Shown here: positions 9,219 to 19,359 of the stretch, piece by piece
Position numbering within the stretch: position 1 is the first letter of the stretch
Layout: every line of letters starts with the position of its first letter
Assembly: GCA_965203965.1 (NCBI GenBank)
Contig: CBDBDR010000017.1
Span: 32,001 to 96,000 of the forward strand
DNA from: Thermodesulfobacteriota bacterium
Lineage (GTDB): Bacteria; Desulfobacterota_D; UBA1144; Nemesobacterales; JAJCZQ01
Direction: 5' to 3'
DNA length: 64,000 nt
Made by a program: the position numbers and the translations under genes
The notes under the pieces: generated by a model
What the model was told of the DNA's origin: nothing
What the model saw: only the letters and a program-made list of their open reading frames with translations
The model's database searches: none

Positions 9219-9749
9219 TTATTTCTCTCCTGTTTTCTCTCCGCAATGACAACAATATACACTATTTTCAGGAATTTTTTTACCACATCCGTTACACAGA
9301 CGGTTTGCATCCTTGCTTTTGTTCAAGGCATCCTGAAACTCATCTAGGAAAACTTTAGCTTCCACCAATGAGTTAGGAGGAAAAGTTAGGATAGATTTTG
9401 AGTTTGAAGATTCAACGGTAAGATCTGGCATGTTGCCGTTTTCTTCATAGATGTGCCTTTCAATGAGATTCAAAGGGGTTTCGTGAAGTGTTTTGAGGTT
9501 TGAGCTATTTTTTGCGTGGATCAATCTTTCAGAAGTTACGATTGCGTATGTTCTATAAAATGTATTACTGGTGCGAGCAGTTTTTGTTCTATGAACAATC
9601 CTGTGGGTTTTAAGGCTTATTATAAAATTCTCCTTGATGTTCTGGAAGTTCAAATAGAGGTCTTCTCTGATTCGTTCCGGCAGCTTAAATGAGTCATCCC
9701 CAGTTGGATCTTTGAAGTGGTCAATGATTTTTTTAAGAAAATTGTTCAT
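9219..9749 (-). CDS. Hypothetical protein, PH-like domain plus C-terminal zinc ribbon
   Basis: AIVTSERLI resembles bacterial PH domains; C-terminal CNGCG...YCCHCG; start overlaps asd stop. Confidence 0.6.
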   Translation of the reverse strand: MNNFLKKIIDHFKDPTGDDSFKLPERIREDLYLNFQNIKENFIISLKTHRIVHRTKTARTSNTFYRTYAIVTSERLIHAKNSSNLKTLHETPLNLIERHIYEENGNMPDLTVESSNSKSILTFPPNSLVEAKVFLDEFQDALNKSKDANRLCNGCGKKIPENSVYCCHCGEKTGEK

Positions 9750-10774
9750 ATAGAATGTTGTGAAATAAGAAGCTCTGCTATCTGAATGGCGTTCAAGGCG
9801 GCACCTTTTCTAAGCTGGTCCCCGGCAACCCAGAGACTGATACCTTTTTCCACCGTGTGATCTTTCCTTATTCTGCCGACCAGACATTCATCTTTACCCG
9901 CTGTGTTAATGGGCATTGGATACAAGTTGTTTTTAGGGTCATCTGCAACTCTAATGCCCGGAAAGTTGTTGATTGCCTCTTTTGCAGTTTCTGGGGTTAT
10001 TTCTTTCTCAGTCTCTATGTTCAGGGAAATACAATGTGACCTGATAACCGGTACACGAACGGTGGTTGCGCTTATCTGTATTTTATTGTCTCCGAGTATT
10101 TTTCTTGTTTCATGATGGAGTTTCATTTCCTCTTTTGTGTAACCGTTTTCTTGGAATTTATCTATGAGAGGTATAACGTTGAACGCGATCGGATGGGGAA
10201 AAGTGTTATTTTCCATTTTACCCGGTTTATTATCAGCCCATGCCTTTGTCTGATTTTCCAATTCAATTATTCCCTCTGTTCCTGCACCGGATACTGCTTG
10301 AAAACTGGTTGCAACGACCCTTTTTATCTTTGCAAGGTTATAAAGGGGTTTCAAAGCCATAACTGCAACCGCTGTGGTGCAGTTGGGATTTGCAATGATT
10401 CCTTTTCTCTTATAGTTGGAGATAGCGTTGGGGTTTATCTCAGGAACAATCAAGGGCACGTTGTCGTCCAATCTATATGCCGAGCTGTTGTCTATAACCA
10501 CGGCACCTGCCTTGACTGCGTGTTTTGCGTATTCCCTTGACCTTGATGCACCGGCCGAAAACAGTACAACATCTAATCCACTAAAACAGTTATGGTTGAG
10601 TTCTTGGATAGTTGTACTTTTGCCATTAATGTTCTGTTCTTTGCCGGCGGATCTCCTTGAGGCAACAAGTCGCAACTCTCCAATGGGAAAACCTCGCTCG
10701 TTCAATATGTTTATCATTTCCCTTCCGACGGCGCCGGTGGAACCTACAATGGCAACATTATATTTATCTTTCAT
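9746..10774 (-). CDS. asd: Aspartate-semialdehyde dehydrogenase
   Basis: GSTGAVG, DNSSAYR, IANPNCTT, QAVSGAG, LRKGAALN. Confidence 0.97.
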   Translation of the reverse strand: MKDKYNVAIVGSTGAVGREMINILNERGFPIGELRLVASRRSAGKEQNINGKSTTIQELNHNCFSGLDVVLFSAGASRSREYAKHAVKAGAVVIDNSSAYRLDDNVPLIVPEINPNAISNYKRKGIIANPNCTTAVAVMALKPLYNLAKIKRVVATSFQAVSGAGTEGIIELENQTKAWADNKPGKMENNTFPHPIAFNVIPLIDKFQENGYTKEEMKLHHETRKILGDNKIQISATTVRVPVIRSHCISLNIETEKEITPETAKEAINNFPGIRVADDPKNNLYPMPINTAGKDECLVGRIRKDHTVEKGISLWVAGDQLRKGAALNAIQIAELLISQHSI

Positions 10775-11219
10775 CTTGCTTGGAGTATTTTCTCTCTATT
10801 TCGTCTATTTTCCTTATGTTTTCCTCTTCCTCTCGTTCCGGTGATGAGTTGAACCATGCTTCGATGATCTCTTCGGCAACGGTCGGGGACGTTAATCTCA
10901 AGCTCATGGTTAGAACGTTTGCATCATTCCATTTTCTGGCACCTTTGGCAGTTTCTGCATCTGTGCAGAGAGCTGCTCTTATGCCCGGGACTTTGTTTGC
11001 TGCAATGGAAACACCTGTTCCTGACCAGCAGAAAAGTATTCCCTGGTCACATTCTTTACCTGAAACTTTTTCCGCAACTTCCCTCGCGACATCAGTCCAC
11101 TGGATGTTGTCATTTTTCAATGGTCCATGCATTTCCAATTCGATATCCATCTTCATTAACCTGTCAACTACAAAGTCTGTCAGGTGATTTTTTTCATCGC
11201 TTCCTATGGCAATTTTCAT
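10764..11219 (-). CDS. RpiB/LacA/LacB family sugar-phosphate isomerase
   Basis: GILFCWSGTGVSIAANKVPGIRAA, WNDANVL. Confidence 0.88.
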   Translation of the reverse strand: MKIAIGSDEKNHLTDFVVDRLMKMDIELEMHGPLKNDNIQWTDVAREVAEKVSGKECDQGILFCWSGTGVSIAANKVPGIRAALCTDAETAKGARKWNDANVLTMSLRLTSPTVAEEIIEAWFNSSPEREEEENIRKIDEIERKYSKQDER

Positions 11220-11375
11220 GATTAGTTTGTTTATGTATTATTCATCAATATTGGGTTGTAGAATTTTAGCTGAGGTTAGAATATATAATATAATAACAAT
11301 CAAGTGGTTATATTAAAAACATAAATATAGTAAAATAAAGAAAAAAATTAATTAAAGAATAAAGGAGGAACAATT

Positions 11376-13844
11376 ATGAGAATAAAGAATTTTATCACTT
11401 TTATATCTTTTTTATTTTTGACATTCTGGCTAAGTTCGTTTGTTCAGGCAGGTGCTCCTCGCCCACAGGTTGATAAAACGCCGCAGGTTCAAGAAAAGCC
11501 ACCAGTTGAGGAGACGCGTAAAGTTGAAGAAACATCGCAGATAGAGAAAATGCCTCAGTTTGAGAAAACTTTTGAATTACTAATGGTAACTGCTACCAAG
11601 CGAGAATCTTCAGTGAAAGATGTGCCTTTCTCCCTGAATGTTCAATCTGAAGAGGACATTCAGCGTCTGAACACTTTCAACTTAGAAGATTTATCCCGCA
11701 ACGTAGCTGGGCTGTCCATACAGAACTTGGGTCCCGGGCAGAGCGTTGTGAACGTTCGTGGTATTTCGTCTGGGCAGGTAGTACGCGATCAACCCGGAAT
11801 AAAGGAGCAGGTGGGCATCTATCTGGATGAAACACCGATTTCCCTGTCATTGTTCACACCAGATATCGATCTTTTTGACGTGAATCGTGTGGAAACACTG
11901 AGGGGTCCGCAGGGTACCCTATTCGGTTCCGGTTCGATCGGTGGCACGGTTCGTTATATAACAAATCAACCCCAGCTGGGAGAAACCCAGGTCAACGCCG
12001 AGTATGATCTGAACAAAACCCAAGATGGTTCTATTGGTGGTCATTTTAAGACGGCTTTCAACATTCCTCTGGGTGATAATGCAGCTATTCGTATAGTTGG
12101 TTATGGAACCAAATACGCCGGCTTCATTGACGCTCTACGTAATACAGGTGGAGTGGATGATGACGTTAATGAAGGAAACCGTTACGGTGGTCGTATTGCT
12201 TTGAGGATAGAACCAACGGAAAATTTGTCTATTACGCCGCGTGTGGTCTATCAGAATATTGATATAGGAGGTTTCAACCGTGAGGATGTGTTCAACCTTT
12301 ATGCCGAGTCACTGGGGAAGCGTCAGCAATTTCTGATGTTGGATGAGGAATTTGAAGATGAGACCCTGATTCTTGATACGGTGTTTAAGTTGAGCAGGTT
12401 AGCAAATTTCTTTGATATTACATATTCAGTCAGTTACATCAAAAGGGATATTCTGGTGAGTCGTGATGCAAGTGCCTTAACTGGCAGTATTAGTATCTCT
12501 CCTTTTGCACTACCAGAAGCAGCGGTGCTTCTGCCTTCCAATCTGCGAGATACAACTGATTTAGGGCAGATTACTAATGAGTTGCGCTTCAGCTCAAATA
12601 ACGACAGTGCACTGCAATGGTTGGCAGGTTTTTTCTACTCAAATACGGAACGTGATTATTCACAGCGTCTCCCTACGCCGGGTTATGATCAGGCTTACGA
12701 TGACGGAGCGAGTCGTCCTCCTTTTCCCAACCGTGCAGACGTAGCAAATGGTTTTGATGATACAGACTCTCCGTATGTGTCCGACCTGACTTATGACCTA
12801 AGGCAAATAGCTGTTTTTGGAGAGGCAACATACACACTTCTTAATAGGTTCGGTTTAACCGCTGGATTACGTTATTACGACTGGAAAGAAGATAAGACCT
12901 TTAAGTCAGGTGGTGTTTTTTCTAATTCTAACGCACAAAATCAGGACGTTGTCGTTGAAGCCGATGGATTTGCTCCCAGATTCATTGTCAGCTATGACGC
13001 TACGGATCAAATTACGGTGAACGCACAGGTTTCTCGGGGATTTCGTCTCGGTGGTGTTAATGATCCACTGAACCAACCTGCCTGTGGAGATGATTATGCT
13101 ACTTACAGAAATTTTGAGGAATTTGAAGATGAGACTCTGTGGAACTATGAGATCGGTTTGAAATCATATTTTGATCGCGTTTCACTGAACGGTTCCGTTT
13201 TCTACACAGATATTGAAAATCTGGGTGTAAACGTGGATGCTGGCGGGTGTTCGTCGCGTGTTACCATCAATGTACCGGAAGCTCATACACTGGGTGCAGA
13301 ACTTGAGTTGTTTGTTCAACCTGTAGATCCTTTGCTGGTTATATTTGCCGGTAGTTATATACAGGCAGAGTTTGATTCCACTATCACGGGACAAAATGGA
13401 GAAGTAATTGAAGGCATAAGAGATGGTAATCGAATACCATCTGTTCCCGATTGGCAGTTATCCGCGTCTGCAAGGTATACTCTCCCGGGCATATTAGGCG
13501 CTAATGAGAGCTATATTTTCGGATCGTGGCAGTTTATTGGCGATCAGACCACACAGTCTGGCGATCAGGAACCCGGTGCCGGAAGAATTTCGCATGGCTT
13601 GGCTTTTGGACACCTGACGGGTAGTGAGGTTACTGATCTTGATCTACTCCTGGATTCCTACAACCTGTTCAACCTGAGTGCGGGAATGGTTTATGACAGA
13701 GTGGAGTTCATGCTTTACGTAAACAACATTACGGATGAAAATGTCAAATTATCATATGACCGCGAACGTGGTGGACGTGCCCGTCGTTCCTATCGCGTGG
13801 GTCAACCTCGCACCTTCGGACTGGTTGCGCGCACGTCCTTCTGA
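11376..13844 (+). CDS. TonB-dependent outer membrane receptor
   Basis: Signal peptide, VTATKRE, plug RVETLRGPQGTLFG, C-terminal PRTFGLVARTSF ending in Phe; RBS aggagg. Confidence 0.93.
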   Translation: MRIKNFITFISFLFLTFWLSSFVQAGAPRPQVDKTPQVQEKPPVEETRKVEETSQIEKMPQFEKTFELLMVTATKRESSVKDVPFSLNVQSEEDIQRLNTFNLEDLSRNVAGLSIQNLGPGQSVVNVRGISSGQVVRDQPGIKEQVGIYLDETPISLSLFTPDIDLFDVNRVETLRGPQGTLFGSGSIGGTVRYITNQPQLGETQVNAEYDLNKTQDGSIGGHFKTAFNIPLGDNAAIRIVGYGTKYAGFIDALRNTGGVDDDVNEGNRYGGRIALRIEPTENLSITPRVVYQNIDIGGFNREDVFNLYAESLGKRQQFLMLDEEFEDETLILDTVFKLSRLANFFDITYSVSYIKRDILVSRDASALTGSISISPFALPEAAVLLPSNLRDTTDLGQITNELRFSSNNDSALQWLAGFFYSNTERDYSQRLPTPGYDQAYDDGASRPPFPNRADVANGFDDTDSPYVSDLTYDLRQIAVFGEATYTLLNRFGLTAGLRYYDWKEDKTFKSGGVFSNSNAQNQDVVVEADGFAPRFIVSYDATDQITVNAQVSRGFRLGGVNDPLNQPACGDDYATYRNFEEFEDETLWNYEIGLKSYFDRVSLNGSVFYTDIENLGVNVDAGGCSSRVTINVPEAHTLGAELELFVQPVDPLLVIFAGSYIQAEFDSTITGQNGEVIEGIRDGNRIPSVPDWQLSASARYTLPGILGANESYIFGSWQFIGDQTTQSGDQEPGAGRISHGLAFGHLTGSEVTDLDLLLDSYNLFNLSAGMVYDRVEFMLYVNNITDENVKLSYDRERGGRARRSYRVGQPRTFGLVARTSF
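11463..11570 (+). repeat. Six degenerate 18-bp (6-aa) repeats in the receptor N-terminus
   Basis: PQVDKT-PQVQEK-PPVEET-RKVEET-SQIEKM-PQFEKT. Confidence 0.65.
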
Positions 13845-14612
13845 GTGAGTTATCTTGACACGGCAATCAAAGCTGCTACTGAGTCGGGTGGTATTTTACT
13901 TGCCAATCTCGGCAAGGCTGAAAAAGTGAATCTGAAGGCGAAAAACGATCTTGTAACGGAGATTGATTTGTTGTCTGAAAACTTGATAGTTGATCTGATA
14001 GTATCCAGTTACCCGACGCATTGCATACTTGCAGAAGAAGGCGGTCAGTCGGACAATAGTTCTGATTACAAGTGGTTGATTGATCCGCTTGACGGGACTA
14101 TGAACTATGCTCATTCGTACCCTTTTTTCTCCGTGTCCATTGCCATGGAGTATAAAGGCAAGGTTATACTTGGAGTGGTTTATGACCCTATCAAAGATGA
14201 AATGTTCAGTGCCGAAGTGGGTAAAGGTGCTTTTCTAAACGGGAACTTGATAAAACCATCTGGTGCCGACAAGTTGGAAAACAGTTTGCTTGCCACGGGA
14301 TTTTTACATGAAGATGAAAGGCTTGTGGAGATGAATCTGGTGAATTTTTGCAAATTTATCCGAGGTGCGAGAGGTGTGCGAAGGGACGGCTCGGCGGCGC
14401 TTGATCTGTGTTACGTTGCATGCGGAAGATACGATGGTTTTTGGGAGCTTGGACTTCACCCATGGGATACTGCGGCAGGTGCTTTCATTATTAAGGAGTC
14501 GGGTGGATTTGTTACAAATATCTCCGGCGGCGACTTTACGGATTATAAAGGTGAAATACTTGCATCCAACGGATTGATACACAAACGGATGGTTGAAGTA
14601 TTATCTTACTGA
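13845..14612 (+). CDS. suhB: Inositol monophosphatase family protein
   Basis: WLIDPLDGTMNY, GSAALDLCYVACGR, PWDTAAG. Confidence 0.9.
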   Translation: MSYLDTAIKAATESGGILLANLGKAEKVNLKAKNDLVTEIDLLSENLIVDLIVSSYPTHCILAEEGGQSDNSSDYKWLIDPLDGTMNYAHSYPFFSVSIAMEYKGKVILGVVYDPIKDEMFSAEVGKGAFLNGNLIKPSGADKLENSLLATGFLHEDERLVEMNLVNFCKFIRGARGVRRDGSAALDLCYVACGRYDGFWELGLHPWDTAAGAFIIKESGGFVTNISGGDFTDYKGEILASNGLIHKRMVEVLSY

Positions 14613-15464
14613 AATTCTGTATATACCAAGAATTATAAAACCTCCACCAATAATTAGTCCTGCGTCCAGTTTTGTTCCGAGTATTGCCCAATCAAGAACT
14701 AAACCGCAAACTGGCACCAGAAGTGAAGAATATGCCGTTACGTTCATATCTGATGTGTTCATGAGGTAAAACCAAAACGAAAAATTTACCGCCGAAGCTA
14801 TAACCCCGGTAAAAAGGATGGTGTATATTGAAAAATACGTCCATTCAACCTTCAAAAATCCTTCCGTGGATATTGCAAGGATAATTAAAAAGATCACTCC
14901 GATTATTTGCTGGTAGCCGTTGAGTAGAATGGGGTTGTTGTTTTTCAAGCGGAGTTTCATCCAGATATTTGCCACTGCCCATGAAATAGCTCCAAGAAGT
15001 ATAAGTATCTCGCCAAAGATTATATCTCTGTCCTGCTTGATCAACGTGTCCCATCCGAGTATGAAAACAATACCGATAAGTCCGGATAAACATCCGAGCC
15101 ACTGTTGCCGCCCCAATCTTTCTTTAACAAAAAAATGAAGCAGTAAGCTCGTCCAGATGGGCATTGTGTATAAAACTACGGCGGTTTTACCAGCGGCTAC
15201 AAATTTCATTCCATAGATTAAAAATCCAAACATTGCCGTGGTTTGAAGCAAGCCAAGCACTATATGGTCAATCTTAAAAAAAAATGAGATATTCAATGAT
15301 CTTCTTTTGAAGATTATTGGCAAAACAGCAAGTCCACCCACGGTAATTCTCAAAGCTACAAAGGTTAATGGCATCATGTATTGAAGAGCTTGCTTCATTA
15401 GCACCCACGAATAGCTCCAGGTTAGGATTACAAACGCCAGTATCAACAATTTAGAAAGGTTCAT
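14601..15464 (-). CDS. EamA/DMT family transporter
   Basis: About 10 TM segments with two-repeat EamA pattern (YTMPIW...KERL). Confidence 0.88.
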   Translation of the reverse strand: MNLSKLLILAFVILTWSYSWVLMKQALQYMMPLTFVALRITVGGLAVLPIIFKRRSLNISFFFKIDHIVLGLLQTTAMFGFLIYGMKFVAAGKTAVVLYTMPIWTSLLLHFFVKERLGRQQWLGCLSGLIGIVFILGWDTLIKQDRDIIFGEILILLGAISWAVANIWMKLRLKNNNPILLNGYQQIIGVIFLIILAISTEGFLKVEWTYFSIYTILFTGVIASAVNFSFWFYLMNTSDMNVTAYSSLLVPVCGLVLDWAILGTKLDAGLIIGGGFIILGIYRISVR

Positions 15465-15501
15465 TTTGCGATCTGAACAGATAGATAGAGTTACTGTGGA
15501 A

Positions 15502-15531
15502 TTGACAACCCGCGTTTTAGCAATATATAAT
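15502..15531 (+). promoter_or_regulatory. Sigma70 promoter for etfBA
   Basis: TTGACA (15502-07), 18-nt spacer, TATAAT (15526-31). Confidence 0.65.
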
Positions 15532-15646
15532 TCATACTCTTTGTTTTAATTGTTATTATAGCGAAACAATCCAAGTCCTTGAAATGTGCTGAGGTTTTAA
15601 TTTCAAAAATATCCGTGAGTAGTCATAAATTAGGAGGTGCGACACT

Positions 15647-16486
15647 ATGAAAATTGTTGTATACGTGAGTCAAACTCTTGACACTGAAGCAAGGGTGTCG
15701 GTTTCGTCAGATGGAGACAGTATAAATACAGATGACGTTAAGTGGATACTGAATCCTTATGATGAATTTGCAATTGAAGAAGCAATTCAGACCAGAGAAA
15801 AACTCGGAGGAGAGGTGATCGTAGCAACCGCCGGACCAGCAAGAGCAATTGATGCCATTAGGCAAGCTCTTGCAATGGGTGCTGATTCTGGACTTCATAT
15901 AAAAGACGAGGGTTTTGCTGATACGGACAACCATACGTTGGCAAAAATTGCAGCAAGCGAGATCAAAAAAATTGAAGACGTGGAGTTTGTCTTAACTGGT
16001 ATGAAAGTTATAGACGATGAATCCGTTCAAGTCCCAGTTCAGTTGGCTGAGGGATTGGGTATTCCTCACGTTTCTCTTGTGAGCAAGGTAGTTGAAGTGA
16101 ACGAGGGTGAGAAAAAACTGGTTTGCCAGAAAGAAATAGACGGTGGTACCGAAATCGTAGAAGTTTCACTGCCTGCTTTAATTACTTGTCCCGACGCCAT
16201 GAATGAGCCCAGATATGCTTCGCTGCCGGGCATTATGAAAGCCAAGAAAAAACCGGTCAAAGAGGTTTCTCTGGATGAGGTAAATTTTGACAGTTTAGGT
16301 ATTTCAAGGGACATGGTGAGTAAAAACGGTTCAAAAGTGAAAACGGTAAAGATTGAGGTGCCTTTAGTATCCAGAAAACTCAAGGTTATAAAAGGCTCTG
16401 ATGATACTACCGTCAAAGGTGAGGAGATCGCTCAGTCAGTAAGCGAGTTGGTCAAGCTACTCAGAGACGATGCAAAGGTAATATAA
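15647..16486 (+). CDS. etfB: Electron transfer flavoprotein beta subunit
   Basis: NPYDEFAIEEA, ALAMGAD, NEPRYASLPGIMKAKKKP. Confidence 0.95.
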   Translation: MKIVVYVSQTLDTEARVSVSSDGDSINTDDVKWILNPYDEFAIEEAIQTREKLGGEVIVATAGPARAIDAIRQALAMGADSGLHIKDEGFADTDNHTLAKIAASEIKKIEDVEFVLTGMKVIDDESVQVPVQLAEGLGIPHVSLVSKVVEVNEGEKKLVCQKEIDGGTEIVEVSLPALITCPDAMNEPRYASLPGIMKAKKKPVKEVSLDEVNFDSLGISRDMVSKNGSKVKTVKIEVPLVSRKLKVIKGSDDTTVKGEEIAQSVSELVKLLRDDAKVI

Positions 16487-16517
16487 TTTTATTACAATTC
16501 AGGAGGAGGTCTTATAA

Positions 16518-17513
16518 ATGAAAAATGAGACATGGGTAATTGCTGATATGAAAATGGATGGGAGTGTCAGAAAAGTAACTTTTGAAACTATCTCCGAGGC
16601 TAAAAGGTCTATACATCCACAAATTGGAGGTGCCGTCTGTGGAGTTTTGATGGGAGACGGCGTGAAAGGAAAAGCTGGAGAGTTGGGGAAATACGGGGCC
16701 GATAAGGTTTACATAGTTGACGACCCACATTTAAAGGATTTTAATCCCGATGGCTACGTAAAAGCACTTTTAGAGCTTATAAAAAAGCACCAGCCCCAGA
16801 TTATTTTGGCAGGCAACACTGCTTTTACAGAAGATTACATTCCAAGGGTTGCCGCAAGAACAGGGTCAGGTCTTGCAATGGAAGCAATAAAAATAGGTTT
16901 GACTGACGATAATAGGCTTAAAGTTAGAAGATATACACATTCAAGCAAGGTTCTATCCGACATTGAGTTTCATTCTGGAAACACCATGATGGCAACTATA
17001 AGACCTAATACTTACAAGGAAGAGGAATTTAACTCCTCTCCCGAAGTTATTGATGAGCAGGTGGATATAAGTGATGATGATATAAAGATCAAAGTCGTAG
17101 AGGTTAGATCAAAGCCGTCTGACAGACCCGAACTTACGGAAGCCGAAAGAGTGGTATCAGGGGGTAGGGGTTTGGGAAGTGAAGAAAACTTTAAATATAT
17201 TTATGAGCTTGCCGATGTGCTTGAAGCAGCAACGGGTGCAACGAGGGCAGCTGTAGATGCAGGTTATTGTCCTTATGATATGCAGGTAGGGCAGACGGGT
17301 AAAGCTGTTTCACCTAATTTATATTTTGCAGTTGCAATTTCAGGTGCAGTTCAGCATTTCTCCGGTATGGGAACGTCAAAGGTAATAGTTTCAATCAATA
17401 AAGACCCGGAAACACCAATTTTTCAAAAATCCGATTATGGTATATGCGGCGATCTTTTTGAGGTTCTGCCCGTTTTGACTGCAGAATTGAAAAGTGCATT
17501 GTCTGAACAGTAG
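16518..17513 (+). CDS. etfA: Electron transfer flavoprotein alpha subunit
   Basis: VVSGGRG, RAAVDAG, QVGQTGK, ISGAVQH, INKDPE. Confidence 0.95.
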   Translation: MKNETWVIADMKMDGSVRKVTFETISEAKRSIHPQIGGAVCGVLMGDGVKGKAGELGKYGADKVYIVDDPHLKDFNPDGYVKALLELIKKHQPQIILAGNTAFTEDYIPRVAARTGSGLAMEAIKIGLTDDNRLKVRRYTHSSKVLSDIEFHSGNTMMATIRPNTYKEEEFNSSPEVIDEQVDISDDDIKIKVVEVRSKPSDRPELTEAERVVSGGRGLGSEENFKYIYELADVLEAATGATRAAVDAGYCPYDMQVGQTGKAVSPNLYFAVAISGAVQHFSGMGTSKVIVSINKDPETPIFQKSDYGICGDLFEVLPVLTAELKSALSEQ

Positions 17514-17621
17514 TTGGTTCTTCTAAATCTAGTTAAATTATATGCAAATTCTAAGTAGAAAGTGTTTTTTTAGGAACTTATATATTTGCCTCATTAGTAT
17601 AAAGTTAGTAAGGAGGTACTT

Positions 17622-18074
17622 ATGGGAGTTTTTCAGGTTTGTGATGGGGATTTCCGCAAAGATTCAGTTGGTGGAATTAAGAATGGTGAATTAAGTGTGA
17701 TTGATAAAGATGGTAAGAGTTGTATTTTTGACAAGGTTAAAGAAGTAAAAGAGATAGCAATACAAAACAAAACTCAGTGGGGAAGGAAGGCGGCTTGGGG
17801 TGTTGGTGTAGGATTGGTTACCTTCGGTCTTGGAGGTTTAGTTGCTGGTGTGTTAGCTGGTAGAGGTAAAATTATCACCTGTGAAGTATCGTTCTTTGAT
17901 GACCGTTCGTTTATTGGAGTTACTGATAAGAATGGTTTTGAAGAGTTGTTGCGAATGGTCAAAAATCCTGAAACGGAAAAACTGAACGATAATCCGTTTA
18001 TGGAAAAATTACTAGAATATAAAAGGGTAAATCAGGAGCGAAAAGATAAAGCTATGAAAGAAACGAAAGAGTGA
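17622..18074 (+). CDS. Hypothetical protein with Gly-rich hydrophobic hairpin
   Basis: RBS aaggagg; central WGVGVGLVTFGLGGLVAGVLAG glycine-zipper-like segment. Confidence 0.7.
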   Translation: MGVFQVCDGDFRKDSVGGIKNGELSVIDKDGKSCIFDKVKEVKEIAIQNKTQWGRKAAWGVGVGLVTFGLGGLVAGVLAGRGKIITCEVSFFDDRSFIGVTDKNGFEELLRMVKNPETEKLNDNPFMEKLLEYKRVNQERKDKAMKETKE

Positions 18075-18192
18075 TTGGGAAAATTAGGTATAAAAAAATA
18101 GTAAGAATTTATTATAAGTGTATATTCCCCTTTCTATTCTTTCAAGGAACTTACTTAAAATACCAATAAATCTTTAGAGAACTGATTTTGTA

Positions 18193-19359
18193 ATGAATCT
18201 GGGTGTTTACATTCATCTGCCCTATTGTTTGACCAAGTGTCCGTATTGCGATTTTAATTCATACGGGGTGGGAAGCAGTTTTCCGGAGGAGACTTATACT
18301 TCGGCTATTATATGTGAAATAGATTCCTATTCCGAATATTTGTCCCGGGATTCTGTCTCCACAATATTCTTCGGTGGGGGCACACCATCGTTATTCAGTC
18401 CACGGAGTATCGGCAGGATAATTGAAAAAATAGGTGAATATGCTGATTTTGAGAGAGATATTGAAATATCTATTGAAATAAATCCCAGAACGGCAGATGT
18501 TGAGAAATTCAAAGGTTTTAGAGAGGTTGGTATAAACCGCGCCAGCGTCGGGATACAATCGTTTTCCAAGAAGAAGCTAAAGTTCCTGGGTCGTTCAAAT
18601 TCCCCTGAAGAAGGAAAGGAAACTCTGAAAGATATTTCTGACGCCGGCTTTAAGAACTTCAACCTTGATCTGATATACGGTGGTTCGGGTGAAAGTCTTG
18701 AAGAACTTGAGCATGATATAAGAATATCCATTGGATTGAACGTAACCCATATATCGGTCTACTGCCTGACGATAGAAGATGGAACAAAATTCGGTAGTAT
18801 GTATAGAAAAAATCTGCTAAAACTGCCGGGGGATGATGTTCTATCAGAGATGTTTGAACTGGTTGATACCTTGTTGACTTGTAATGGTTTTGAGCACTAT
18901 GAAATATCAAATTTTTGCAAACCCGGCTATGAATGCAAACATAACTTGAACTACTGGGAATGCGGCAGCTACATCGGATTTGGTGCAGGTGCGCACTCAC
19001 ACGTAAACAAAGAAAATTATCCTCTATGGGGAAAAAGATGGGCTAATTTGAGGGATCCAGTTAAATACATTGAAGTTGTAAGATCAAATAAGACTGCACG
19101 TGAATTTACGGAAATACTGACAAGAGAGGAGGCACTGACAGATAGATTGCTGATGGGATTGCGTCTTGAAAAAGGCGTGAATATAAAGCAGATGGAAAAA
19201 AGCTACGGCGCCGTGTTTCTTCAAGACAAGCTGAAAAATTCAATTAGGGATGGATTGATTGAAGTAAATCATGAAAATCTAAAGATAACCGACAGTGGGA
19301 GGATATTTTCAAATGAGCTTATATGCATTGCCATTGGCTCTTTTGAGTTTCCAAGTTAA
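18193..19359 (+). CDS. hemW: Radical SAM heme chaperone HemW
   Basis: YIHLPYCLTKCPYCDFNS, GGGTPS, YEISNF, HNLNYW, GAGAH. Confidence 0.9.
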   Translation: MNLGVYIHLPYCLTKCPYCDFNSYGVGSSFPEETYTSAIICEIDSYSEYLSRDSVSTIFFGGGTPSLFSPRSIGRIIEKIGEYADFERDIEISIEINPRTADVEKFKGFREVGINRASVGIQSFSKKKLKFLGRSNSPEEGKETLKDISDAGFKNFNLDLIYGGSGESLEELEHDIRISIGLNVTHISVYCLTIEDGTKFGSMYRKNLLKLPGDDVLSEMFELVDTLLTCNGFEHYEISNFCKPGYECKHNLNYWECGSYIGFGAGAHSHVNKENYPLWGKRWANLRDPVKYIEVVRSNKTAREFTEILTREEALTDRLLMGLRLEKGVNIKQMEKSYGAVFLQDKLKNSIRDGLIEVNHENLKITDSGRIFSNELICIAIGSFEFPS

